64,000 nt of DNA from a virus. Positions 18,169 to 26,652 of the stretch are shown one piece after another. The first letter of the stretch is position 1, and each line of letters begins with the position of its first letter. The stretch is from positions 64,001 to 128,000 of IMG/VR virus record IMGVR_UViG_3300020057_000001. One strand, written 5' to 3'. Position numbers and translations under genes: made by a program. The notes under the pieces were generated by a model. It had not been told where the DNA came from, made no database searches, and saw only the letters and a program-made list of their open reading frames with translations.

Positions 18169-19299
18169 TCATATTTTTATTAAATGAAACCTATGCTGCG
18201 TTCTCACCAAATCCCACGCAATCTCTAAGTCGGATAGCACAACGACATCGAGGTTGTTTCCGTGGTCTTTATAAATTTTGTTCATCATGGCGTCCGAGAT
18301 TACTGTTCCACCCCCGCCTACAAACGCTTTAGCATCCAAACTAAATGGTCGGATATCCGCATCAAACGTGTAAGTCGCTAGAAGCTTACCGCTCGCTTCC
18401 ATGTGCTTGCAGCCTGCGTAGAGTTGAGAGAGTGTCTCAGGATTACACATAGATCCCGACACGTCAAGTAGTAGGACCGCTTGCCTTGTCCTTCCAGGTA
18501 CTCTCTTAACGCCTGGAAGATACCCGTAGGCGTGGTTAATTGCGCTGCACGTGTAATGCGACTGTGGGTTTTTGAGGCTTAGCCTTTTTGTTACAATCCG
18601 CACTTGCTCTAGCGCATCGCGGATTGTCTTCATAAGTTTCGCCCTAGGGTCAAACGTCAGGTCGCTGTCCATAGCTTGGTGACCAGCGGTAGTCCCCATT
18701 CTTTGCGCAACGTCTTTCGCTGTCATAAGCTTATGCCTAATTAAGTCACCCACACCGTCTTCAATTTCGTGCTCGTCAAAAGACGGGGGGAGTTCGTCCG
18801 CAATGTCTAAGATCCGGTTGTAATAGTACACCCAGTCTTGGTTTCGCTCCAAGACGACGTGGGTGACGTTTGAGTGCTCTTTTGCCTTCCGGTCTATGGT
18901 CTCCTGCAAAGATTCCACGGTAACCATACCACCCAGCACGTCCTTAGTGGCTTGGGCTTCCGTTGGAAATAACCTGATAAGGTCTTCATGCAACGCTGCG
19001 TCCATGGCCGCGTTCGCAATCCGCTTTTCAAACTTAGACATCTTTTGCATCTCTAGGTAAGTGGCTATCTGGTATATGTGGCGGATTTCGTGGCATAAGA
19101 CAAACAAAAACGTATCTTTGCTTGAGCACACGGCGTCACCCAAGGTGATCGAGATCCCGCTTGGAGTAAACCGCACACTGGCAGACGGCGTCTCCGAATT
19201 GTGTGACACCGACACTTGCTGGAGTAGCGCGAGGGTGTGATACATCCGCATTCTTGCCAGGGTCGTTACCGCGTGTTCGCGCAAGTTACTAATGTCCAT
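18169..19299 (-). CDS. HExxH metallopeptidase-like + vWA domain protein (MoxR partner)
   Basis: HEIRH, then MIDAS LLLDVSGSM ... GGGGT ... VLSD. Confidence 0.85.
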   Translation of the reverse strand: MDISNLREHAVTTLARMRMYHTLALLQQVSVSHNSETPSASVRFTPSGISITLGDAVCSSKDTFLFVLCHEIRHIYQIATYLEMQKMSKFEKRIANAAMDAALHEDLIRLFPTEAQATKDVLGGMVTVESLQETIDRKAKEHSNVTHVVLERNQDWVYYYNRILDIADELPPSFDEHEIEDGVGDLIRHKLMTAKDVAQRMGTTAGHQAMDSDLTFDPRAKLMKTIRDALEQVRIVTKRLSLKNPQSHYTCSAINHAYGYLPGVKRVPGRTRQAVLLLDVSGSMCNPETLSQLYAGCKHMEASGKLLATYTFDADIRPFSLDAKAFVGGGGTVISDAMMNKIYKDHGNNLDVVVLSDLEIAWDLVRTQHRFHLIKI

Positions 19300-20189
19300 T
19301 ACAAATCCCTTTCATCACGAAAGCCCAAAAACACAGGAAACCGCGGGCGACCTTCCGATCCCACACCCTGAAACTTAAACTTCACATGTCGACCTAGCAG
19401 CCGGTCTTTCTCCGACCAGTAAGACTTTCGAAGACCGTGGGTAAGCCCATCACCGGTGCCGAGCTTAAACTCCAAGCCCTTCCACGCCACGACTAACGCG
19501 CCGAGGGTATCTTTACCGACCATGCCGTCTTGGTGAGACGATCGTTTCGTAGTCCCCAGCTCAGACACTTGTACAACGTTGGTATTCTGCATTTGTTCTT
19601 CATACCCGACGACCAGACCTTCATCGTCCTCGAAAAACTTAACTTTAAGCAAAATTTCTTCTTTTAAAGTAGAGCGTCCGAATTTGTAGCGTCCTTTTGG
19701 ATCTCTTAGCATCGCGCCCTCGAGCCCAAGGTCGACCCAATGCTGTGCTTGAGCAAGCGCCTCTTCGGCACCGGTCACAGTGAAATAAGACAGAAAACAT
19801 ACATGCGGGGGTTCCTTCGCCGCAAGAATGCGTGCTAAGCCCATCGCCCGCTCTTCATAATGTGCTTCGCCTATCTGGTCAAAAACCCAATACGTAAAAA
19901 ATGGAGTTCCGGCTACGCTCATGACCGCTGATTGTGTTTGGTTGAAGTCACAACCGTTCACCATGATTTCACCGTCCATGCCGTCAAGCTCGGGCATCAA
20001 GTAGACAAGAGCTTCGAGTTGCTCGCGTATGTATGTGTTTGGGATAGGCTTCAGTTTGCGGGATACGGCTTTACCGTTCAACAGGATGCAACGTATACCA
20101 TCCAGCTTTGTCGAGATAAGCTTTGGGTATTTGAGTTTTGAGAGGTCGTCGGCTTTTTCAGCGAGTAAAGGTTTAAACTGTTTCGTCAT
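19299..20189 (-). CDS. ATP-dependent DNA ligase
   Basis: KLDGIR adenylation motif, DGEI, FD, EGAMLR, LLKVK, RFPVF. Start moved to ATG 20189 (GGAG RBS). Confidence 0.95.
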   Translation of the reverse strand: MTKQFKPLLAEKADDLSKLKYPKLISTKLDGIRCILLNGKAVSRKLKPIPNTYIREQLEALVYLMPELDGMDGEIMVNGCDFNQTQSAVMSVAGTPFFTYWVFDQIGEAHYEERAMGLARILAAKEPPHVCFLSYFTVTGAEEALAQAQHWVDLGLEGAMLRDPKGRYKFGRSTLKEEILLKVKFFEDDEGLVVGYEEQMQNTNVVQVSELGTTKRSSHQDGMVGKDTLGALVVAWKGLEFKLGTGDGLTHGLRKSYWSEKDRLLGRHVKFKFQGVGSEGRPRFPVFLGFRDERDL

Positions 20190-20216
20190 AACGCACTCCA
20201 TTAAGGTCTATCAGAG

Positions 20217-20243
20217 GTATCGCCAGTCTGTGCCAAAACTTGA
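20217..20243 (-). promoter_or_regulatory. sigma28/FliA-like promoter
   Basis: TCAAG-N14-GGCGATAC upstream of the ligase. Shares CTCTCAAGTTTTG with the 18143 promoter. Confidence 0.6.
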
Positions 20244-20407
20244 GAGAAAAGTTTTAAGGTTTTGATCATAGCTGAGGTTTTAGTCAAAAGTCCAGCAATT
20301 CTTCTCATTTTGCGCTCTTGCCTGACACTCAGCTCAAAGATGTTGTTTGGGCACCTAGTCAACTCTGGCCGGTTGGTAAAATGCTAAATAATAAGAGGGG
20401 GGTCGGC

Positions 20408-20728
20408 GTGGACGTAATTGATTGGATCTTTAAAAGCATTCAGGGCGGTAACACGGCACTCGCCATAGCTATAGTATCAGGTGCCGCGTTATACGGTATT
20501 TGGCAGCTCGCTATGCGCTTTTTAAGGTTTTTAACTACCCTTTTTAAAAACACGAATGCAGAACTATGCTCTATGAAAGAGATGTTTGTCGGCTTAACCA
20601 AAGAAGTCGAGAAGTTAAACCTCGTGTTAGAGAAAACCGTAGAACTCAGCTCTCAGCGCTTTGGTCACCTCGAGCACCGTGTCAGCCGCCTAGAGAATCG
20701 TGTCGACGTTTTACAAGATAAAGACTAA
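20408..20728 (+). CDS. Single-TM coiled-coil protein, holin/XhlA-like
   Basis: GTG 20408 after GAGGGG; TM segment ALAIAIVSGAALYGIW then a coiled coil ending EHRVSRLE. GTAAAAT box upstream. Confidence 0.5.
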   Translation: MDVIDWIFKSIQGGNTALAIAIVSGAALYGIWQLAMRFLRFLTTLFKNTNAELCSMKEMFVGLTKEVEKLNLVLEKTVELSSQRFGHLEHRVSRLENRVDVLQDKD

Positions 20729-20732
20729 CAAT

Positions 20733-21341
20733 ATGACTATCATCGGTATTTTTGTTGCCCTCTTTATCGGTTTAGGTGTGTCTTCTGTTGCTGGCAGGTC
20801 AGGGTACATTGACCCTATCATGCTGACCGGCGACGGTATCAGCGACCCGTTGATTAAAGCCGAAGCTGCCGAGTTCATTCAAGCTTGTGAGCGAAGAGGG
20901 GTAATGGAGCCCTGTGAATTGGGCGTGGGATTTATCACGCGCGGCGAGTTTTGGCATGAAGACGCATTCAACACGCTACCAGGATCGGACGGCGCAGCGG
21001 GTATTACGTACAGTTCGTTTGTCACACCTTTCAAAAACATCTTTATTCAAGCGCACTTGCAGTATGCGTTGACGGATCGGGCCTTAAAAAACCTGATCTG
21101 GCACGAACTAGCGCATGCCGTGTTTCAGGCGGAGCACGACGACTTGTCCCCGCATCTCATGAATTCCGGTTTTGGGATCTACGAGCTAGAAAAAGAGCGG
21201 ATGTCGTGGGATATCTTGGAAGAACACTTGTTTCGCAACTACGGGTTTCCCAACACTCAAAAATTAAAGTTTCATTGTAACTTAAACGACTTACGGGCTT
21301 TGGGTACCCTTCTCATTGCGGGCTACTGCACAAACCCCTAG
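20733..21341 (+). CDS. Exported/membrane zinc metallopeptidase (metzincin-like)
   Basis: N-terminal hydrophobic signal, HELAHAVFQAEH zinc motif and an LM Met-turn. Confidence 0.7.
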   Translation: MTIIGIFVALFIGLGVSSVAGRSGYIDPIMLTGDGISDPLIKAEAAEFIQACERRGVMEPCELGVGFITRGEFWHEDAFNTLPGSDGAAGITYSSFVTPFKNIFIQAHLQYALTDRALKNLIWHELAHAVFQAEHDDLSPHLMNSGFGIYELEKERMSWDILEEHLFRNYGFPNTQKLKFHCNLNDLRALGTLLIAGYCTNP

Positions 21342-21344
21342 GCT

Positions 21345-21947
21345 TCATTTCACACGCTGTAGCTCAACTAGTAAAAACTTAACACAGTCTTCCACCCAGG
21401 CTTCCCACGTCTCTAGTGGAAGCCCTTGCTTTAAGTGTAACAGCGCAGCAAAAGCTCCGCTGCCGTAGTCCCACCAAGAACAGCACGACACGATAGCTTT
21501 TACAGGTGCCGAGGGGTCTGAGGTAAACATTGTGAACGTCTGTTTGTGCGATTGTTCCGCGAGTGCTTTTTGAAGCGCCATCAATGGCTCTGAGCAGAGA
21601 GAATCTTTTCCTACTACCCGTTTAAGCTCTTTGTAAAGCAATTCGGTAAAAAGACCCTGTACTTCTGAATAAGTACGTATTCTTTCAAAAATGAAAACAC
21701 AGAGTTTTGCGGAAATTTCCTCTGGGAATAGCGTAGGGGTACGCAATATGAGGTCTAAGCGACCTAGGCACGTAAACTTGTAGGAAGAGAGCACATCCTC
21801 TATCGTCCCCGCCCAACTTGGAGAAAAGGGAAGGTTCAGCCCTGCTGGGTGGTAGCGAAACGACACAGCAGTTAGGGCGCGATCAAGCTTTGGTGGATTT
21901 TTTTGCACGTTTTGGGCTTTTTGGTGGAGGTGGGGGTAGATTTTCAA
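21345..21947 (-). CDS. Hypothetical protein
   Basis: 200-aa ORF in the minus-strand operon. Confidence 0.5.
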   Translation of the reverse strand: MKIYPHLHQKAQNVQKNPPKLDRALTAVSFRYHPAGLNLPFSPSWAGTIEDVLSSYKFTCLGRLDLILRTPTLFPEEISAKLCVFIFERIRTYSEVQGLFTELLYKELKRVVGKDSLCSEPLMALQKALAEQSHKQTFTMFTSDPSAPVKAIVSCCSWWDYGSGAFAALLHLKQGLPLETWEAWVEDCVKFLLVELQRVK

Positions 21948-22251
21948 GCATTTCTTCGAGTTCTGTATCCGCTACACCGTCTTCTATACCATCGTCTGCA
22001 CTGTCAGCGCCGTAGACGAGGTTAAAGGGTAGGCCGAGGGCAGGTGCTTTTGTGGGGAGTTGTATGAGTTCTTGGCATTCGGCCACCGCTTGGACGAGCT
22101 TGGCAATTTCTTTCGGGTCGCTGACGTAAGACATGTTACCGGCAATGTCGTATACGGCACGGTATCCCCGCCCTGTGTCTTTAATCAAAGAAACAAACTG
22201 GGGGTTAATATAAAGAGTCTTTTTCATGGAGTCTTGTATACTCAGTATCAT
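21883..22251 (-). CDS. Hypothetical protein
   Basis: ATG 22251 coupled to the upstream stop (ATGA); acidic/Pro-Lys tail. Confidence 0.55.
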   Translation of the reverse strand: MILSIQDSMKKTLYINPQFVSLIKDTGRGYRAVYDIAGNMSYVSDPKEIAKLVQAVAECQELIQLPTKAPALGLPFNLVYGADSADDGIEDGVADTELEEMLENLPPPPPKSPKRAKKSTKA

Positions 22252-22469
22252 TTTTTCGCCTTTTTCTTCTGGTCGACAACCGGAACCTTGTTGCGCTCTG
22301 TAAGCCTTGCACCGCCGTGGCATAAGTTCCACTCTTTTCCTTTATGCATTTCGGTCATGGTAGCTATAAAATCTTCCCAGGTCTCATGCTCTTCTTTGAA
22401 ATACTCCGTAATCACTATCAAATTTCCGTCCGCTGTGGGTCCGTTGAGCTGATTTCGGTGTACTCGCAA
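22248..22469 (-). CDS. Small hypothetical protein
   Basis: AAGGAG RBS + TTG 22469. This is the real part of track ORF 22248..22898. Confidence 0.5.
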   Translation of the reverse strand: MRVHRNQLNGPTADGNLIVITEYFKEEHETWEDFIATMTEMHKGKEWNLCHGGARLTERNKVPVVDQKKKAKK

Positions 22470-22536
22470 TCGGTTCTCCTTTGTGTCTACAGCTATTTTA
22501 GGCTGTCGGGGGTAAAATGGCAAGGAGGAGAAAACT

Positions 22537-23112
22537 ATGAATATTACTTGGAAAATGGCATCATTGGGTGCTTTCGTTGCTATATCGTTGGGCTTTGTAG
22601 CCGGTCGTATGACCAACCAAGCGACTACCACTTCTGTTGTCGACACAAAAACGTCAGAAGTGAGGGAAGTTGAAAATAAACTTGTTGTCGATGTAGTAGC
22701 AGACAAGGTGGTGGTGGTCGAAAAAGGACCTACAAGAACCAGAACAAAAAAGAAAGTTACACGCCCTACAGGTGAAGTCGAAGAGTCAGAGACTGTGGTT
22801 GAAGAAGGACCTGTAAAAGTCGTCGAAACTGACAAAGGTACGTCTAAGCTGGTTGTAGACGAGAAGTCTAAGACAGCGATAAAAACCGAAACACGCACAG
22901 AGACGACGAGTACGCCACCGAGAAACTGGTTGGTTGGTGGGTCTGTATCTTACGGATTGACAGATGCGCTTCAGCAACAATGGCAAAAACCCGACGTGGA
23001 AATCCACGCGGGCTATCGAATTTTTGGTGGGTCCTACTTCGTCGTACAGACTGGGTTTGATGTTTCAAACCAGAACGTGAAATTAGGCGTGGGTCTGAAC
23101 GTCACGTTCTAG
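22537..23112 (+). CDS. Envelope protein: N-terminal TM, K/E/T/V-rich stalk, C-terminal amphipathic beta-strands ending in Phe (spanin candidate)
   Basis: AAGGAGGAG RBS; TM ASLGAFVAISLGFVAG; C-terminus VKLGVGLNVTF resembles an outer-membrane beta-signal. Confidence 0.55.
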   Translation: MNITWKMASLGAFVAISLGFVAGRMTNQATTTSVVDTKTSEVREVENKLVVDVVADKVVVVEKGPTRTRTKKKVTRPTGEVEESETVVEEGPVKVVETDKGTSKLVVDEKSKTAIKTETRTETTSTPPRNWLVGGSVSYGLTDALQQQWQKPDVEIHAGYRIFGGSYFVVQTGFDVSNQNVKLGVGLNVTF

Positions 23113-23114
23113 TG

Positions 23115-23477
23115 TTAGCCGCGTTTCTTTTTTTCAATGAACAATGCACAGACGTCTAAAGTCGCTTTTAGCGGGTTAGTAACATTCTTCAAGGCCGCGT
23201 TAAAGTCTTTTACGATTTCTTTGGCGTCTTGAAATCCTTTGTTATTCTCCACTTGCTCGGTTTGCGCGTTAATCTCAATCCAAGACGCAGCAGCCATATT
23301 TTCAAGTTCGGCTACGGGCTTGTCGTCCAGTTCTTCAATGCTACCGAATTCGAAACTTTTGGCGATACGCTTAGCTTTCTTTTCGGAAATACCAAACAAC
23401 CCGATGAGCTTGTCCGCCGTTGCGCGTACGTCTTCAGCGTGAATTTCTTTAGTAGGTGTAATCTCGTTAACAGACAT
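23115..23477 (-). CDS. Hypothetical coiled-coil protein
   Basis: AAGGA RBS, 120 aa. Confidence 0.6.
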   Translation of the reverse strand: MSVNEITPTKEIHAEDVRATADKLIGLFGISEKKAKRIAKSFEFGSIEELDDKPVAELENMAAASWIEINAQTEQVENNKGFQDAKEIVKDFNAALKNVTNPLKATLDVCALFIEKKKRG

Positions 23478-23488
23478 TATCGTATCCT

Positions 23489-24010
23489 TTACAAATTAAG
23501 TGAGGGGCCAGAAAGAATTGAGTTTAAAATATCATTTGGAATTTCGCTAGAGCCCGAAGCGGCGTGTTGTCTTTGCTGCGGGCGCTGAGGTGCTTGCGAA
23601 TTTTGGGCAACTTTACCCAACGCGCCTTGCACAGTTTGTGTAAACATTAAAAGATGCTTGTGAGTGGCGTCATGCGTACTGGAGATAACAGATGCCATAT
23701 GGTCTAGCATCTTGTTCAGTTCCCCGACGTCTTCGAAAGTTTGTTCGTTAGTTTGCAACGAGATGATTTCTTTTTCGACGGACGCTAAAAACAACTCCCA
23801 CACGCGAGAACCGCTAGGCTTCGCTAGAACCAGACTTTTGATGTTGGCGTCACGGATAACTTGAACCATTTCAAAAGACCGTTCGACTCTTTCAATAGCA
23901 GATAGAGCTACGGACTTAGGAGGGGCTAGCTCGGGCAAAGCATTTTCTTGTTCTGTATTCGGACCTAGATTTTCCGAATCCAAAGCTTCTAGTTTTTTGC
24001 GTACCGCCAC
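23489..24010 (-). CDS. Hypothetical protein
   Basis: GTG 24010 directly after the recA stop, with a GGAGGG RBS. Confidence 0.55.
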   Translation of the reverse strand: MAVRKKLEALDSENLGPNTEQENALPELAPPKSVALSAIERVERSFEMVQVIRDANIKSLVLAKPSGSRVWELFLASVEKEIISLQTNEQTFEDVGELNKMLDHMASVISSTHDATHKHLLMFTQTVQGALGKVAQNSQAPQRPQQRQHAASGSSEIPNDILNSILSGPSLNL

Positions 24011-24011
24011 C

Positions 24012-25163
24012 TTACCCTCCCAATTCCATATCAATAATATCGTCGTCTGGAGTATACCCGTTTGGATTTGCCATGCAAGCGGCGACGACCGATCTGTACG
24101 CATTCTCGTCGTCACGTAGAGCTTTCAGGGTTTTCTCTTCACCGTGAAACTTGTGTTCTTTACCATCTACCTGAAACGCCCACCATTGCGGGTTAGATTT
24201 TCCCGTATCGGGATTTACAGGATGATATACAATCCCGAGTTTTGTAGCGAGAGAAAAAAGGCTCTTGTCTTGCCGAATAATACGGCAGGTATCAAAGTCA
24301 GCCATGATCTCAGCGACCTTCCCCTCCATTGTCCCCCGCGACTTAACGATCTTGATGCGGACGGTCTTGCCCGTAGCGACTAAAGAGTCACGCTCTTTCG
24401 ATTCAATGATATTACCCGTGTTATCGACCTGCGATTCCTTACGGTTTACCGTCTCTGTAAGGAGCATACACTCAGCCTGAAACCGTAGTTTCTGGCCGCC
24501 TGTGATGATCCACTTGTTACCCGTTTTCTGGAAATCCATATCTTCGATTGCGTGCTGGATCAGGAAAATAGTCACGTCGTATTTAGCGGCAAGGTCGTTT
24601 AAAAACTTAGACAGGGTACCAACAACTTTTGCCATACCGCCGAACTTGTTCCCAGCGTCTTCGATGTTCCCTTCTGCGATCTTTTTGAGTGCGTGAGGGT
24701 CTTGTAGACCCCCTAAAGAATCTACGATAATAGCTGCTATCTTACCTTCGCCCGCTTTTAGACTGTCTTCAATAGTCTGCAACGTGCCAAAAACTTCGTC
24801 CACCTTTGAAGACGAAAAAATGGCAGTTCTTTCGAGGTCAATGCCGAATTTACGGAGACGCGATACACGCTCGGGCATGTTGTAATAGTGTTCAATGTCT
24901 TTGATAATAATGATGGAATCCGGTATTGCTCTCTGAAGCTTTGCGGCGGCAAGAGTGGCAAGAAACGACTTACCCGAGCCCGAAGGTCCGGCCAGTACGT
25001 TCAAACGGCCTCGGAAAAATCCACCCCCTAAAGCCCATTCTAAAAACGGCTCGTCGATCTTGACGAATGTAGGCGGGCGAGATGTGTCTTTTTCGATTGC
25101 GGCGGCGCTTGTCGCACCGTCCATTTTTTTAAGCAATGAACTCATAAACTTGGGTGTAGCCAT
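24012..25163 (-). CDS. recA: RecA/UvsX-family recombinase
   Basis: ALGGG..RG, Walker A GPSGSGKS, DIEH, Walker B IIVDSL, TGGQKLRF. Confidence 0.9.
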   Translation of the reverse strand: MATPKFMSSLLKKMDGATSAAAIEKDTSRPPTFVKIDEPFLEWALGGGFFRGRLNVLAGPSGSGKSFLATLAAAKLQRAIPDSIIIIKDIEHYYNMPERVSRLRKFGIDLERTAIFSSSKVDEVFGTLQTIEDSLKAGEGKIAAIIVDSLGGLQDPHALKKIAEGNIEDAGNKFGGMAKVVGTLSKFLNDLAAKYDVTIFLIQHAIEDMDFQKTGNKWIITGGQKLRFQAECMLLTETVNRKESQVDNTGNIIESKERDSLVATGKTVRIKIVKSRGTMEGKVAEIMADFDTCRIIRQDKSLFSLATKLGIVYHPVNPDTGKSNPQWWAFQVDGKEHKFHGEEKTLKALRDDENAYRSVVAACMANPNGYTPDDDIIDMELGG

Positions 25164-25184
25164 TCACAAACTCCTAAAAAAGAA

Positions 25185-25200
25185 AGAGGCAAAGCCTCTA
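25185..25200 (-). terminator. Possible intrinsic terminator downstream of clpP
   Basis: AGAGGC-TTT-GCCTCT hairpin followed by a T-rich run on the minus strand. Confidence 0.4.
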
Positions 25201-25224
25201 GTGTTACAAAAGTGCAAGCTGAAA

Positions 25225-26043
25225 CTATTTACGAATTCTCGCCTGAGTAGTCACGTTATCACGTATGTTCAAAGAGTCAACAAAGCTCTTAAACTGCATA
25301 TCTGTACCTGAAAAGCGCTTAGCTTTTACGTCCAATGGGGCTGAGACTAGGGGACACGCAGACCAAGTCACTTGAAACTGGCCAAAAGGCGTATTCAGAA
25401 TCTCCTCTAGGGTCTCTTTAAAAGCTTTCTTGGAGCAAGTAAGGTTAGCGTTACGGTCGGTCACACCTTCTTCAGCGAGGTCCGTACCAAACGACCACCA
25501 GTCACTTCGTGTTTTTGCTTTAAAAGCCGCGTACGAAATACCGATGCGCTTTGCTTGCGCAATATCCATCAGCTCTGCCATGCGTGTGAGAAATTTAACG
25601 AACGATTCTGCATTCGGTGCTTGCTGCTGGTTCAGCCCGTAGGACGTAACATGCTGCATCGAGATCGACGAGTAATTTGAAAGCCTTAAGTCGCACGCTT
25701 CAAGAATTACAAATGCCATGGAGATTGCGATGTCCGCAAAACATGTGATCTTCTTTTCTGACGCGCGAATATAGCTGATAGCTTTCATTCCGGCTAGAAC
25801 TGATCCACCTGGAGAAGTGATAACGACAAACACTTCGTCGCTAGGACTATTGGCGATGTCTTTTATTAACTTTGAGACGCTCTTGTCGTCTACTGGGCCT
25901 CTCAGGGTGACCGTGTTGCTAGGGTCAAGCTCGATGGTGTCTGGAGTTTTTGGAAGATTCTTTTTTTCCCTAAACTCAAACCCCAGGGCGGTACCGGAAA
26001 ACAAACTCATTGCGACTAACGCCGAAACGCAAAACTTGAACAT
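25225..26043 (-). CDS. clpP: ClpP-like serine protease with N-terminal signal peptide
   Basis: ITSPGGSVLAG, AISMA (catalytic Ser), MQH (catalytic His), D-W-W-F. N-terminus MFKFCVSALVAMSLFSGTALG is signal-peptide-like. Confidence 0.8.
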   Translation of the reverse strand: MFKFCVSALVAMSLFSGTALGFEFREKKNLPKTPDTIELDPSNTVTLRGPVDDKSVSKLIKDIANSPSDEVFVVITSPGGSVLAGMKAISYIRASEKKITCFADIAISMAFVILEACDLRLSNYSSISMQHVTSYGLNQQQAPNAESFVKFLTRMAELMDIAQAKRIGISYAAFKAKTRSDWWSFGTDLAEEGVTDRNANLTCSKKAFKETLEEILNTPFGQFQVTWSACPLVSAPLDVKAKRFSGTDMQFKSFVDSLNIRDNVTTQARIRK

Positions 26044-26113
26044 ACGTGTCCTTTCTAATGGAAGACTACTTAAACATTACCATGTTTTTGTGAAATAATC
26101 AAAATTGGAAAAC

Positions 26114-26136
26114 AGAGGGTGGGTGCGCCACCCTCT
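26114..26136. terminator. Intrinsic terminator hairpin
   Basis: AGAGGGTGG-GTGCG-CCACCCTCT 9-bp stem immediately after the stop of 26140..26652. Confidence 0.7.
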
Positions 26137-26139
26137 TTG

Positions 26140-26652
26140 TTAAAACCCCTTGGAGCCGGATACACCGGAGGAGTCACGATAACCATAGGCGATAGAGCGG
26201 GTAGAACTGAGAGCCATGGTGATCGCTAATTTAATAGAAGCGAGCTGTTCAACCAACGCTTGAAAGAACCCCTCCTGCAAAAAGAAGCCTTGTACTTCTT
26301 TATCCATTGCCACAAAAGCCGCTCGCATGTCTGCGGTACCCTTGTTCCCTGTAGTGTTACACCAGTCGGGAAACTTCTCTAGAGCGGCAATAGCTTCGGC
26401 GTTCTTACGAAAGACTTTCGTCTCATTTAGTTTAAAAAGCGCCGACGCATAGTAGGTGCCTGCAACCATAAGACCTTCTGAAAGAGTAGACAAAGCCACG
26501 GGCGCCGTGGACTCGGTCACATTTGTAAGGTCCGAAGCTTGGACAACATATCGGGCTAGAGCTTCGTGTGCCTTGTCTAGCGTCAGGCTTGCCTGCTGCG
26601 GGTTGGGGTACACGTTGTTTAGGCTCAACGAGCCAAGCGTTGTTAAACTCAT
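26140..26652 (-). CDS. Helical protein, possible UvsY-like recombination mediator
   Basis: Size, helical character and position next to the SSB and near recA; sequence resemblance is weak. Confidence 0.4.
   Translation of the reverse strand: MSLTTLGSLSLNNVYPNPQQASLTLDKAHEALARYVVQASDLTNVTESTAPVALSTLSEGLMVAGTYYASALFKLNETKVFRKNAEAIAALEKFPDWCNTTGNKGTADMRAAFVAMDKEVQGFFLQEGFFQALVEQLASIKLAITMALSSTRSIAYGYRDSSGVSGSKGF

Noticed and set aside
22470-22898. N-terminal part of track ORF 22248..22898
   Set aside because: Antisense to the well-supported gene 22537..23112; only the part from TTG 22469 has an RBS.
25180-25215. GCAAAGCCTC resembling part of a c-di-GMP-I riboswitch
   Set aside because: Too short, lacks the P2 GNRA stem and tetraloop receptor, and is on the non-transcribed strand; better explained as a terminator hairpin.
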